DNA of 64,000 nucleotides from Fibrobacter sp. (GTDB lineage Bacteria > Fibrobacterota > Fibrobacteria > Fibrobacterales > Fibrobacteraceae): positions 180,239 to 244,238 of the forward strand of contig JAFPWY010000007.1 of the NCBI GenBank assembly GCA_017412605.1, written 5' to 3'. Below the pieces are notes generated by a model, which saw only the letters and a list, made by a program, of their open reading frames with translations, did not search any database and was not told where the DNA came from. The translations under genes were made by a program, and so were the position numbers. Shown piece by piece: positions 44,975 to 55,497 of the stretch (position 1 is the first letter of the stretch; the number at the start of each line of letters is the position of its first letter).

Positions 44975-45797
44975 GATTTTCCTCCTGCCGCCTTGTCAGC
45001 GGAAACAGCTGTAAATTCAACCTGTAAACCTGTTCACCGTGCTTGTCTTCACTTGCGATGGCGACGACCTTCTGTCTGAACTTTTCCGCCTCGCACGCAA
45101 TACGGCGGTACGTATCGCGAGAAATCCCCATAGTGGCGCCCGCGAAGCTGCGATCTTCGACAGGGACGTTATCTATCGCGTCCATCGCCAACTTGGCCAT
45201 CTGCCTGTGCATGGGGCGCATGGCCGGGGGCACCATTCCCGCGACGCCCATCACAACCTTCTCGGTCTGCTCGTAATGGTATTCATCGTGTTTCTTGAGC
45301 AACCCCATCTGGATCAGAAAATCGAGAGTCTTCCGGATTTCGGTCGCGCTGATTTCCGGGTAGCAGAGCTTGGACAGTTCCATCGGTTTCGCGCCGGGAT
45401 TCATGGGAGCGAGTTCGCGCAGCACCGGGTTGTACCATTCGCTAAAGTAGGCGTAGGCATCCGCCGACAGCGTACGCACCTTGTTCTCCTTCGCGAGTTC
45501 GCGCATTCTCTTCAACGCGGCATTCTTTTTTGCCTCGTCACTGGAATCGGCGAACACGACCATCTGGGCAAAGTATTCCTTGGCGCTCCCTTCGAGCTCC
45601 ATTGCCATAGCGACACGTTCCACACCCACCTTGGAAAGGCGGGTTTTCCCATCACACACCAACTTCATGTAGTTCGACGAAGAGAACCCCGCCAAATGCG
45701 AGAATTCCCTCCACGAGAAGGCGGAACAGCGCTTGCGTTCTTCGTAGAACTCCTGCATGTACCGCCTGTAATCAAGGTATTCGTATATTGCTTTCAT
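44967..45797 (-). CDS. TIGR02147-family protein (HTH + DUF4423-like)
   Basis: IYEYLDYRRYM..FSWREFS..GFSS..WYNPVLRELA..VYRLNLQLFPLT. Confidence 0.85.
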   Translation of the reverse strand: MKAIYEYLDYRRYMQEFYEERKRCSAFSWREFSHLAGFSSSNYMKLVCDGKTRLSKVGVERVAMAMELEGSAKEYFAQMVVFADSSDEAKKNAALKRMRELAKENKVRTLSADAYAYFSEWYNPVLRELAPMNPGAKPMELSKLCYPEISATEIRKTLDFLIQMGLLKKHDEYHYEQTEKVVMGVAGMVPPAMRPMHRQMAKLAMDAIDNVPVEDRSFAGATMGISRDTYRRIACEAEKFRQKVVAIASEDKHGEQVYRLNLQLFPLTRRQEENHG

Positions 45798-45983
45798 AGG
45801 TTTGACCTCGACAACAATATATCTCTTTCAAAACACAAAATCAATGTTTTTGAGTCAAAATCAAAAGATTTTACAGAAATACTAAAAATTCGGACGTATA
45901 TAACACAAGCCGTGGTATATGCAATTATCGTTGAAAAACAAAAAAGATCCAGTCAAGAAATTGACTGGACCGAGGCATTTTGA

Positions 45984-46796
45984 TTAATGAACTTTCTTGC
46001 GGGGCAGTGGCACGGCAAGCCCATTTTCGAACCGCACTATTGCCGGAGAACGGAATTCAATGGCAGAGTCTTCCCGCCATGTACCGCTACGGATAAGGTT
46101 GCCGTTCATGTCGAACGCGCGGAATTGCATACCCTGCATAGGATACTGTGGCACGGGAGATTTCAAGGACAGCGGAGTTTCTCCTTGAAACAACTCGGGG
46201 CATTGACGGACCGAGTCAATAAGGCCGCAAAAATAAACATCATGACCCGAGCGCTGATAATAACAAAAGCCCGCAACAGGAACGTATATATCAGCGACAT
46301 CTTCATTATGAGGCAAACCGTACATTACAGAATACAAACCTGACGTTAATACTTTTCCCATCACAGAAACAATATGTCGAATCAGAGAATCCGCTTCCGA
46401 TGCGCTACCGCCAAATACACCGGCATTTTGAAGACGCAAAAATTCATCAATAACGACATCCTCTACAAGGAAGGGCGACCCCATACTATCACATTCTGCT
46501 TTTGACGAACAAAATTTGAAGAACGTAAGGACATCTTCCGTAACGAACACCATAATCGTCGAATCTGACCGCGAAATATAGGCCCAATATACCGAATCTA
46601 CCGAGCTCAGATTTTTTACTGGAGGGTCAAGCAAGGGCATTTTCGACATATCCAAGCGATGTTCGTCAAACAGGTTGATCTGTGTCGCAGGGTACATGAT
46701 ATCAAGGCGCCCAGAACCTATTACTTCACATTCCTGTGCATGGAGCTGCATCGCCATGCAAAAGCAAACAAAAAATGCTAAAGCGAATCTTTTCAT
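45984..46796 (-). CDS. hypothetical secreted protein with Fibrobacter-type C-terminal domain
   Basis: Signal peptide; C-terminal FRAFDMNGNLIRSG motif. Confidence 0.7.
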   Translation of the reverse strand: MKRFALAFFVCFCMAMQLHAQECEVIGSGRLDIMYPATQINLFDEHRLDMSKMPLLDPPVKNLSSVDSVYWAYISRSDSTIMVFVTEDVLTFFKFCSSKAECDSMGSPFLVEDVVIDEFLRLQNAGVFGGSASEADSLIRHIVSVMGKVLTSGLYSVMYGLPHNEDVADIYVPVAGFCYYQRSGHDVYFCGLIDSVRQCPELFQGETPLSLKSPVPQYPMQGMQFRAFDMNGNLIRSGTWREDSAIEFRSPAIVRFENGLAVPLPRKKVH

Positions 46797-46903
46797 ATTC
46801 CACCCACGTTTATCCGAACAACCGTTTTATAAATATAAGCACAAACAGGGGTAAAAAGCAATAGCCTTGTTAAGTTGAATATTGGGTATAGGGTTCCCTT
46901 TAG

Positions 46904-47854
46904 TTACTTTGTTACTATCAAATCCTCGGAGGAATAACCAATAGAAATCCCTGTTGAGTCTACGAAATTATTGTATTCCATACGTACAGGTAAAACAGGC
47001 GTTCCCAATGGTTTCAAATAATGAATAAAAGTTCCGTTTAGGGGATTAGGTTTACCATCAATCATCTTGGTTGGATGCTTTATCGTAAACATATTTCCCC
47101 GTATTTCCAATACATTTTCAGTATATATAGACCAACTAGCGTCATTCCAAATTAATGAATCCATCAAACCATCTTTTCCATATTCATAAATTCCATATCT
47201 CTTTTCATCATACAACGCTTTCAAGCACACGGCCTCCCCGTCAATGTACGTAATATCGTCGCATCCCTCAAGCCATGCGTATTCGCCAGCAAACTCCAAT
47301 TTACTCACGATTCCTGTAGCCGTATCCAAAACAGCAAATGGACATTTTTGGGCCCCTTCTAGCAAAATATTTCCCTTATTCCATGGTCGAACATTCTGAA
47401 TATTCTTTTCTCCATTACAATCCTCGGACCATTTCATTTTCCCTCGAACATCTATAGATTTGCGAATTTTCCAAAACCCAAATTCATTTTCATCATTATA
47501 AAAGAAAACCGTTGAATCATAAGCAAGGCCATTCATTATGTGATAAATGCCCTTTGCGGTATCCCCCCAATACGGCTGCTGCTTGTTTCTATAATTCACA
47601 AGAAAAATACCATGATTCATCGTACCTTTGTCGCATGTTTCATTATAATCACAACTTTCTGCATGTTCTTCCCATCCTCTAGAATTTTTTAAAATAGCCA
47701 AAGAATCATCAAGAATCGCGACCATCGTGCCACCAGTTCTCACATCATCAACAGCCGTAGTCGCCTCTTCATCAAACAGTCCGCACCCCCACATGCAAAT
47801 ACACGCTACTACCAGCGCCATAGCAATCCAAGGTCTTTTTTTCAGGAACGGCAT
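46904..47854 (-). CDS. hypothetical lipoprotein
   Basis: CMWGC lipobox; AT-rich ORF with no better overlapping frame. Confidence 0.7.
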   Translation of the reverse strand: MPFLKKRPWIAMALVVACICMWGCGLFDEEATTAVDDVRTGGTMVAILDDSLAILKNSRGWEEHAESCDYNETCDKGTMNHGIFLVNYRNKQQPYWGDTAKGIYHIMNGLAYDSTVFFYNDENEFGFWKIRKSIDVRGKMKWSEDCNGEKNIQNVRPWNKGNILLEGAQKCPFAVLDTATGIVSKLEFAGEYAWLEGCDDITYIDGEAVCLKALYDEKRYGIYEYGKDGLMDSLIWNDASWSIYTENVLEIRGNMFTIKHPTKMIDGKPNPLNGTFIHYLKPLGTPVLPVRMEYNNFVDSTGISIGYSSEDLIVTK

Positions 47855-47989
47855 AAGAATCCCTTTTCAACAGTCCACAAACCGATGTGACTCTATCACA
47901 TGCAAATATACCCAAACTTGCGGGCAAAATCAAATTAAACTAAAAGCAATTCTGCAAAAAAACAGAAAAGCTGTTTGCAAGTCAATAGC

Positions 47990-49570
47990 CTATTTTTTCG
48001 GATAACCGACCAGGTAGAAACCGAAATCGCGGACTTCGTAGCCAGCGTCTTCTAGCGTATAGCGCGATTCGAAATCGTTGTTCAAAAGATAGACCGACGA
48101 TCCGTCTATGCGATTCTTGTCAAAGTAAAAGTGGTAGCGCCCGAAACGGGAAACGTCCAGGAAGGCGGAGGGATAGTTCGTGTAGCTCACGGTCTGCAGA
48201 AAATCGCCGAGTTTCGGCTTCGCAAAGAAAAGGACGCGCGGCCAGCTCACGCTTATTTCCACATTCACGTCGGGGGCGTCCTTCAGCTCCGTCTCCACAA
48301 AATTCATGGCGCCTTCGATACCGTAGCTGAAAAACCAGGCGATACCGTTCCGGTAATCGGTAAAGTAATGCTTCTCGAACGAGACGAACATGCACGCATA
48401 CGCGACAAGGGGTACTACCAATGTCTTCGGGCTCAAATAGTTGAACACGAGATACAGCCCCTTCGCCATCATCGTAAGCATCGGGATAAAGAGCAAGTTC
48501 ACGCGGTTGATGTTCACGCTGATGAGTATCCCGATGGCAAAGCCGGCAGCGAGCCACACAAGCATGAAAAAGTCAAGCGTCGCGACGCGGGCCTTGAGCC
48601 CCTTCCAAGCGCCGTCGATACTCCACAGGAGTCCCGCAAAGAAGAACGGGATGGATATGGGATAGAAAATGCCGACCTTTTCACTGAAGTTCCACGGCAG
48701 TCCATCGCTTTGCAGCGTGAGGATGCTGAACAGGGTGCCGACATTCTCGGGAATCATCGCCAGGGATATTTCGCTATCGCGGAAATACAGCAGCTTGGGA
48801 ATGGTCAAAAACGGCAGGGTGATAGCATCCAGACGGCCCTGGTTCACCAGCACGAACAGCAAAAGCGGAACCGTGAGCAACAGGAGGACAGCAAGGGCTA
48901 TCCAGGTATAGCGGCAGTTGCGCAGCTTGCGAATCCAGAACAGGTAGGCGACCTGCACAAGAATCATGAACGGCACAACCGCCCAGATAGTCGCGTAGGC
49001 GTACAGCGAGAGCCCGTAGAACAGCGCCGAGAGCACCAGGAATTTCGGGCGCTCGATTCCCTTGGCAAAAAAGTACAGGCCGAACAGCACGAAGGCGGGA
49101 GCAAGGTTGGATTCCAGCGCCCAGCGCGACAGCATAACATGCCAGGGCGATATGGCGAGCAGGAACATCGCGGCAAGCGCAAGGCGGGTACCGCCATACA
49201 TCTTCACCAACTTGTAAAGGGCGACAAGCGAGAGGATGCCGGCCAACAGCATGGGCAGGCGAATGACCCATACCTTGAGGCCAAAGAGCGCAACGAAGGG
49301 AACCATCAAGTAGGACTCGAGCGCATTCATGCCGGAACCCCAGGCAGGGAGGTAAACAGGCATGCGGAACCCGAAGGAATCCCGCGCCGTCGTCATGAGC
49401 GTATAGGCATTATAGCCGGCAAGGGCCTCGTCCTGGTTGATGTCGGCGGGAACGCTTGTAAACATGAAGCAGCGGGCAAAAATACCCGCGGCAAGGAAAA
49501 GCCAGAAAAGACAAATCTCTACCGGAACTTTTCGAACAAGACGTACGACATCAGCAACAGGAACCTTCAC
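47990..49570 (-). CDS. GT-C (ArnT/PMT-like, family 39/83) membrane glycosyltransferase
   Basis: NQDEA..GYNAY, WVIRLP, ISPWHVMLSRWALE; multiple TMs. Confidence 0.85.
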   Translation of the reverse strand: MKVPVADVVRLVRKVPVEICLFWLFLAAGIFARCFMFTSVPADINQDEALAGYNAYTLMTTARDSFGFRMPVYLPAWGSGMNALESYLMVPFVALFGLKVWVIRLPMLLAGILSLVALYKLVKMYGGTRLALAAMFLLAISPWHVMLSRWALESNLAPAFVLFGLYFFAKGIERPKFLVLSALFYGLSLYAYATIWAVVPFMILVQVAYLFWIRKLRNCRYTWIALAVLLLLTVPLLLFVLVNQGRLDAITLPFLTIPKLLYFRDSEISLAMIPENVGTLFSILTLQSDGLPWNFSEKVGIFYPISIPFFFAGLLWSIDGAWKGLKARVATLDFFMLVWLAAGFAIGILISVNINRVNLLFIPMLTMMAKGLYLVFNYLSPKTLVVPLVAYACMFVSFEKHYFTDYRNGIAWFFSYGIEGAMNFVETELKDAPDVNVEISVSWPRVLFFAKPKLGDFLQTVSYTNYPSAFLDVSRFGRYHFYFDKNRIDGSSVYLLNNDFESRYTLEDAGYEVRDFGFYLVGYPKK

Positions 49571-49579
49571 GAAACATCC

Positions 49580-51322
49580 CTATTTTTTTAGCTTGATGAC
49601 CGGAGAGAGCCAGTCAGCATGGTCGTAGGAATCCGGGCCATGGGGATCCGTCTCGAGACGGAGAGTCTTGTAGCCCTGAACCGATACCCCAACGAACACA
49701 GGTTCTTCCGCATCACCCTTCACAGGTCCGCTCTGCCACAGGAGTTTGCCATCTCCATAAACGCGGAAGATGACTTCACCATTATCAAAGACTTCATCGT
49801 CAAGACCCACGTAGGCATATAGCGAATCGGCATTCTCGGGCAACGTATAGACTACCCGCGACGGGGCATGGGTGCCAATCCCGTACTTGTACTGCCTGCC
49901 GCTAACGGCGAGAGGAGCGTTTTCCACAGACTTGTTCATCAACGGAACCTTGTAGTTCTGACGGAAGCTATCGTACTTGACTCCGCTCAGGATGATTTCG
50001 TCATCGGCATGCTTGAGCTTGACCGGGCAAAGCGAGTAGACGTGATAGACGCAATCCACGAGAAGGCAGACGGCGAGGAAGCAATACGGAACAAAACGCG
50101 GAATATTGAGCGAGGCAATTAGCCCGGTAACCTTCGCAAAAGTCTTCGGGAAGAACAGGTAGAACAGGGCAAAGACCATCGTCGACACAGACATCACCGA
50201 AAGCCAGGTCCATGCATCGCCGCCATGGAATCCGTTACAGAGGATGCTCACGTTGCACGAGGCGACGGCGGTCAGGAGCGACACCCAGATGAAGGCCTTT
50301 TTCCAGTCCAGCACGAGCCAAATTACTGCAACGGGAATAGCGTACAGGATGTAGCGTTCGTGCATGCCCGGCAGGAACACGAAGAAAGCAGTAGCGTTCC
50401 ACGTGGCCAGTTCAAAAACGCGGCGCAGGGACTTGCAACGGATAGAGGCGACAAGCGTAAAGACAGAGAACAGGACAAACAGTCCCTTACCCACATAGGA
50501 AGGACAAAGCCAGAAGAACGGGCCACTCTTTGACAAGCCGAAAAGCGGAGTCGAATCGGGCGAAACGTTGCCCGCAATAAGCATCCAGAGATTCGCCGCA
50601 TTGTAAGTGGCAAACGGATACTGCGAAGTCGTATTGACGTACGCGCGCCTCAGCATGCCCGCAAGGTTATCGCCCAGGAAGAACGGCAGGAATACGAGAA
50701 CGCAGACAAGAACGGCAAACGGAAGGCCCTTCCAGGAACGGCGCCAGTGCTTGAGGAAAAGACCGCCGAATACAGGCAAGAAAAGAATCATCTGGAATTT
50801 CGCAAGCAGCGCCAAAATATACAACGGCGCGGCAAACATGGTCGTGCGGCGGAAATAGATGCTATAGAGGGCGCCAATCGCAAGCGCAACCGGCACAAGG
50901 TCCACCTGGCCCCACATCGGACCGCCGAGCAAAATAGCGGGGTTCAGCGCGACAAGGGCAATCACGAGGTTCTGCTGCCAATGCGGAAGGTTATACCGGT
51001 CGACAAGGCGGCAAGAAATATCCACCAGGAAAAGGTGGGCAAAATATACCGGCCACAGGCAGAGGAACTTCAAAAGGAAAGTCTTTGCGATGACGATTCC
51101 AAAAATGGAATGAACCTGCGCGACAATCCAGAGCCAGAAAACATAGAGCGGCGGATAGTTTCCGCGGAATCCGCCCACCCCGCTGTCAATCAGAGACTGG
51201 ATCCAGCCCAGCCAAAAACTCTGATCACCATCGTAAGCCGACGAAAGCGTGCAGAACAAGTTCGCAATGACACAAATAAATCCCCAAAGGACAAACGTTC
51301 TAATATTAGTAGTTTTTCTCAT
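49580..51322 (-). CDS. GT-C (GT87-like) membrane glycosyltransferase with C-terminal NPCBM/NEW2 domain
   Basis: GNYPP, LNPA..WGQVD, ANLW, MHERY; C-terminal GIGTHAPS..YVGLDD..VYGDGKLLW..DHADW. Start at 51322 (ATG) or 51346 (TTG). Confidence 0.8.
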   Translation of the reverse strand: MRKTTNIRTFVLWGFICVIANLFCTLSSAYDGDQSFWLGWIQSLIDSGVGGFRGNYPPLYVFWLWIVAQVHSIFGIVIAKTFLLKFLCLWPVYFAHLFLVDISCRLVDRYNLPHWQQNLVIALVALNPAILLGGPMWGQVDLVPVALAIGALYSIYFRRTTMFAAPLYILALLAKFQMILFLPVFGGLFLKHWRRSWKGLPFAVLVCVLVFLPFFLGDNLAGMLRRAYVNTTSQYPFATYNAANLWMLIAGNVSPDSTPLFGLSKSGPFFWLCPSYVGKGLFVLFSVFTLVASIRCKSLRRVFELATWNATAFFVFLPGMHERYILYAIPVAVIWLVLDWKKAFIWVSLLTAVASCNVSILCNGFHGGDAWTWLSVMSVSTMVFALFYLFFPKTFAKVTGLIASLNIPRFVPYCFLAVCLLVDCVYHVYSLCPVKLKHADDEIILSGVKYDSFRQNYKVPLMNKSVENAPLAVSGRQYKYGIGTHAPSRVVYTLPENADSLYAYVGLDDEVFDNGEVIFRVYGDGKLLWQSGPVKGDAEEPVFVGVSVQGYKTLRLETDPHGPDSYDHADWLSPVIKLKK

Positions 51323-51364
51323 AGGCCCAAATATATAAAACTTCAATAAGGCGTTTATAACGAC

Positions 51365-52633
51365 TTAACGAAAGAATTCAGCAAGAAGCCGCACCATGCC
51401 TTCGTGGTCGCTTGCCGCCGTCATTTCGCGGATGCTGTGCATACTGAGCATGGGCTCGCCGATATCCACGGTCGGAATGCCGAGAGCCGAAGAGACGGAC
51501 GGGCCAACCGTCGAGCCGCAGGGCATATCGTTGCGCATCACGAACGTCTGGAGCGCAACTCCCGCTTTTTCGCAGAGCAGCCGAAGCCTAGCCGCCGAAA
51601 CGGCCTCGCTCGCATAGCGCTTTTGTGCATTCGTCTTAAGCACAATGCCGCCGCCCAGCACAGGAGAATGGTTAGCATCGTGTTTTTCGGGGTGGTTCGG
51701 ATGCACGGCATGCGCCGCATCTACAGAAAGAGCAAAAGATTCGTCAAGAATTGCAGACAAACTAACAAATCCTGTTTTTCCTGCATTTGCAGCGTTCCAT
51801 ACAGTTTCCAGTACACTGCGCAACAAATTCCCGCCTGCACCTTCCCGCGTCTCGCTGCCGACTTCCTCGTTGTTATAGAAGCACGCTACGCAAAAGTCGT
51901 TCGCACAAGCCTCCGAGCCAATCAACGCCTGTGCCGCCGCATGGCAACTGCCCAAGTTGTCGAGCCGGCCCGAATAAATCCATTCGTCGTTGAAACCGCC
52001 ATGGGCCGCCGGTTGTGCATCGAAGAGCTGCACATCGAAATCCAGGAGTCTTTCACCCGTGCCCAGTTCGCCTTGCAGGGCGGCGGCGAACGCGGACGCC
52101 TTGCCGTCCGCCGTGGCAGACTGCCACAGGGCATTGAAATCCGCCTGCGGGTCCACCTTCGTCCCGTCCTGGTTCACGCCACGGTTCAAATGAACTGCTA
52201 GGCTTGGGATGCGGAACAGCTTATTGCCGCGCACGAGTTTCGTCTGGACACTGCCGTCCTTCTCGAAGGCAAGCAGCCCCGCATAGCCCAGGTCGCGGTC
52301 CAGCCATGTCGAATAAATGGGAGAGCCGTACACTTCGGCATGCAGCGTACAAGCGCCCGACGCCGTGCGATCCGGGTTCGGGGAAATCTTGAGCGCCGGG
52401 AAATCCGTATGCGCCAGGGCCAGCCGGAATCGGGACTTCTCGTTTACCTGTAGCGGCATCCTGAGGGCAACCAGGGCGGCTCCCCGGACAAACATATAGG
52501 CAGCACCGGGCTCCACCGGCGCCCCGTCCGACATCCGCAGTTCCCTAAATCCGGCCGAAGCAAACTCGCGGCGCAGGCATTCCACCGTATGCCAAGGTGA
52601 AACCGATCCGTTCAGAAAATCAAAAAATTCCAT
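51365..52633 (-). CDS. M18 family (aspartyl) aminopeptidase
   Basis: AHTDFP, RLDNL, NEEVGS, DAAHAVHPN, PCGSTVG, LSMHSIRE. Confidence 0.92.
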   Translation of the reverse strand: MEFFDFLNGSVSPWHTVECLRREFASAGFRELRMSDGAPVEPGAAYMFVRGAALVALRMPLQVNEKSRFRLALAHTDFPALKISPNPDRTASGACTLHAEVYGSPIYSTWLDRDLGYAGLLAFEKDGSVQTKLVRGNKLFRIPSLAVHLNRGVNQDGTKVDPQADFNALWQSATADGKASAFAAALQGELGTGERLLDFDVQLFDAQPAAHGGFNDEWIYSGRLDNLGSCHAAAQALIGSEACANDFCVACFYNNEEVGSETREGAGGNLLRSVLETVWNAANAGKTGFVSLSAILDESFALSVDAAHAVHPNHPEKHDANHSPVLGGGIVLKTNAQKRYASEAVSAARLRLLCEKAGVALQTFVMRNDMPCGSTVGPSVSSALGIPTVDIGEPMLSMHSIREMTAASDHEGMVRLLAEFFR

Positions 52634-52720
52634 AACAGCTCCAAGCCCGAATTCTTTATCCGAAATACAAGTTCCCGAATTTCTCGAGCATTCCATGTAA
52701 AAATTTATATATTCCTGAAT

Positions 52721-53728
52721 ATGCAGATCAAACCGTTCAAACAGATCAACTGGATGGAAATCTCCGGACTACTGGTCGGAGTGCTCTTCACCGTTGCTGT
52801 CATGATTTTCGGTATTGTTCTCTACGCAAAGATCTTTTCGACTGGCATGGTCGGCATCGAGGAGTACAAGCTCCACAGTACCTTTGACAAGGCGCTCGGC
52901 CTAAGGCCCGGCACCCGCGTGCAGATTAGCGGCGTCGACATCGGCCAGATTTCGAACATGACTATCATCGCAAACGGCGTGAGCATGGAGTTCACCATCC
53001 GCAAGGAATTCCAGAACTGGATTACCGACAGCGCCGAAGTCTTCGCCATCCGCGACCAGAACGTGATTTCCGCGCGCGTCATCAACATCGACGTCCGTCG
53101 CGGCAAGGGACGCGTATTGCAGGACGGCGACTACCTCCCGCCCGGAAAGGCGCAGGACATCGAGACCGTGCTTGAAACGGCGAACGAACTCCTGGGCCGC
53201 GTGAACAAGCTCATCGACGCAGCAGATACGCTCCTCGGCATGGCCATGGATACAGGAACGACCGTGGGCGCCCTCTTTGGCAGCCGCCTGCTGTACGACA
53301 ACCTGAACCGCCAGCTCACCCGCCTCGACGACATTACCTACACAGGCATGAACGCCCTCAACAAGGCATCAAAGCTCATGGATACGTTGCAGAACGATGT
53401 GCCCGTGTTGCTCAACAAGGTGGACACCATCGCCACGAACGTTTCGGGAATGGTGGACAATGTTTCCGGCATGGTCGACAGTCTCAAGGAAGTCCCAGGC
53501 CACGTGAACACACTCCTGAGCAAGCTGGATACGACCATCGGTCGTGTGGACGGCATGGTCGACAATATCGGCAACGTGAGTACCAGCTTGACGGACTTCA
53601 TCTCCTCGTCCGAAGAAACTCTTGAAAACGCCGACGACCTCATGACCGGCATATCGAAGATATGGCTCATCCGCAGGTCCATCCCGAGCAAGGACACCGT
53701 TCCCTTCATGGTGGAGACGCTATGGTAA
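52721..53728 (+). CDS. MlaD/MCE family protein
   Basis: N-terminal TM, GLRPGTRVQISGVDIGQI MCE signature, helical tail. Confidence 0.9.
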   Translation: MQIKPFKQINWMEISGLLVGVLFTVAVMIFGIVLYAKIFSTGMVGIEEYKLHSTFDKALGLRPGTRVQISGVDIGQISNMTIIANGVSMEFTIRKEFQNWITDSAEVFAIRDQNVISARVINIDVRRGKGRVLQDGDYLPPGKAQDIETVLETANELLGRVNKLIDAADTLLGMAMDTGTTVGALFGSRLLYDNLNRQLTRLDDITYTGMNALNKASKLMDTLQNDVPVLLNKVDTIATNVSGMVDNVSGMVDSLKEVPGHVNTLLSKLDTTIGRVDGMVDNIGNVSTSLTDFISSSEETLENADDLMTGISKIWLIRRSIPSKDTVPFMVETLW

Positions 53729-54495
53729 AGTGCAGAACCGCCATCGCCATGTTGCTCGCTCTCGGCGCAGCCGCGTTCGCATCGGAATCCGGCGAACTTT
53801 CGTACCGTGCACAGAAATCGCTCGAGAACGGGAAGTTCGCGCGCAGCTATAGCCAGCTCGAACGCGCACTCCTTGCCAGCCGCAAGGAAGCGGACCTTTT
53901 GTCCGAAGCGCGAGTGCTGCTTTCGATGGCGCACATCCGCACGCTCAGCCTCGACTTTGCACTCGCGGATTCACTGGTATCTATCGTACGCAAGGGCGTG
54001 CTCGACAACCAAACCGCTGTGCTCTACAACCAGGTTAAAATTGCACTGGACAATGCGCAGGGCAAATACGCCGACGCGGCAAAGCTTTGTGCAGAGCAGA
54101 ATGCGGACACGCTGAAAAAAGTCGCCAACGGAGTGCAGGCCACATTCTATTCCGAATGCGCCATCGCACAAGGCGCCATCCACAAAACGCAGGAAGCACA
54201 AGAAGCACTGAAGATGGTCGGAAAGCGCGCCGACAAGAACAGCGGCATCTACGCCTGGACCGAAGCCCGCATCGCCGACCTGAACAACCAGGCCTCGGCG
54301 GACTCGCTCTACCAGGTTGCAGAGTCGCGCACTATCCAGGGTAACCGCCCGCACATGACAGCCACCATCCTGTACTACCGTGGACTGCTAGCCGAAAAGA
54401 AGAACGCAGAACTCGCAAAGGACTACTTCCTCCGCAGCAAGAACGCATTCGAACTGATGGGACTGCCCAACAACGCAAAGCGCAGCACAAAATAA
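53722..54495 (+). CDS. hypothetical secreted helical (TPR-like) protein
   Basis: Signal peptide from ATG 53722, overlapping the mlaD-like stop. Confidence 0.7.
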   Translation: MVKCRTAIAMLLALGAAAFASESGELSYRAQKSLENGKFARSYSQLERALLASRKEADLLSEARVLLSMAHIRTLSLDFALADSLVSIVRKGVLDNQTAVLYNQVKIALDNAQGKYADAAKLCAEQNADTLKKVANGVQATFYSECAIAQGAIHKTQEAQEALKMVGKRADKNSGIYAWTEARIADLNNQASADSLYQVAESRTIQGNRPHMTATILYYRGLLAEKKNAELAKDYFLRSKNAFELMGLPNNAKRSTK

Positions 54496-54527
54496 TTCCG
54501 CAAGAAAATCCTGCCGTAAAAAATTTA

Positions 54528-54552
54528 AGCCGTCCCGGAATTCCGGACGGCT
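54528..54552. terminator. bidirectional terminator between convergent genes
   Basis: AGCCGTCC-9nt-GGACGGCT flanked by AT-rich runs. Confidence 0.65.
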
Positions 54553-54577
54553 AATTTGTATGCAGTACTTTATGCAA

Positions 54578-55483
54578 TCAGTTGGAAGCGCTTGCAGGAA
54601 CAGCGGACGAATCGAAAACCGTCGAATCGGCAGACGTCACAGTCTTGGCGCTATCGGCCGTAGCGACATTGGCGCTATCGGCGGCCGTTGAATCGGCTGC
54701 GGGAGGTTCCACGGGCGGCTTGTACTTCATCGACATGCACAAGCCAAACGCCTGTTGCGGATGCAGATTGCCATCGGCCACCTTCTGAAGGATATCCTTG
54801 ATGATTTCCTTCACCCGGTCCTTTTCTTCCATGGTCGGCAAGGCGCGCAGTCCCAGCATGCGGAACATCTTGTTGCTCAGGCTCTCGAGGAACGCCTTGT
54901 AGCGCGGCTGCATCGCATCTTCGATAATTGTCGCGACAGCCATCTCCGTCTGCATGGTATCCAGCTCGAACGTCCTGTATATGGTGCGGATGTGTGGAGG
55001 AATCGTCGAGTCCGGACTGTCAAAGTAGGGGCGCATCACATCGGCAGCGGCCTTCTTGTCCGGATGCGGACCATTCGCAAGCCGCAAGGCATAATACAGC
55101 GCAAGCCTCCAATCTTCCGGGAATATCCTGATGCCACGGCGGAACACCTTGAAGTCCGACGTATCGGGAGAGTCCATAGCACTGATGCCGCCCACCACGT
55201 AGTACGGCGTGTAGAACAGGCTGTCGAGATCCGTGCAGAGGTCGGCGATGTGGCCGAGGTAGGCAAACTCGGTCCCGGTCAAGTAGCTTTCACCCAAATT
55301 GGTCAGCGCCTTGATCCAGAACAGCCCCGCCACCGTGGAATTGTTCCCTGCGGCAATATAGCGCACATAGTTTGCCTTGGGCATGAACGATTCGTCAAAC
55401 TGGGTATTGGGCAGCGGCTTGGCGAAATAGAACGCCGCCGCGATAACCAGAACCGAAAGAATCAACGTGACCAAGTAGCGCAT
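54578..55483 (-). CDS. hypothetical membrane-anchored helical protein
   Basis: N-terminal TM, helical body, ADS-repeat tail; last gene of the ispA-dxs-trmH-pyrF run. Confidence 0.7.
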   Translation of the reverse strand: MRYLVTLILSVLVIAAAFYFAKPLPNTQFDESFMPKANYVRYIAAGNNSTVAGLFWIKALTNLGESYLTGTEFAYLGHIADLCTDLDSLFYTPYYVVGGISAMDSPDTSDFKVFRRGIRIFPEDWRLALYYALRLANGPHPDKKAAADVMRPYFDSPDSTIPPHIRTIYRTFELDTMQTEMAVATIIEDAMQPRYKAFLESLSNKMFRMLGLRALPTMEEKDRVKEIIKDILQKVADGNLHPQQAFGLCMSMKYKPPVEPPAADSTAADSANVATADSAKTVTSADSTVFDSSAVPASASN

Positions 55484-55497
55484 CGATTGCCCACCTC

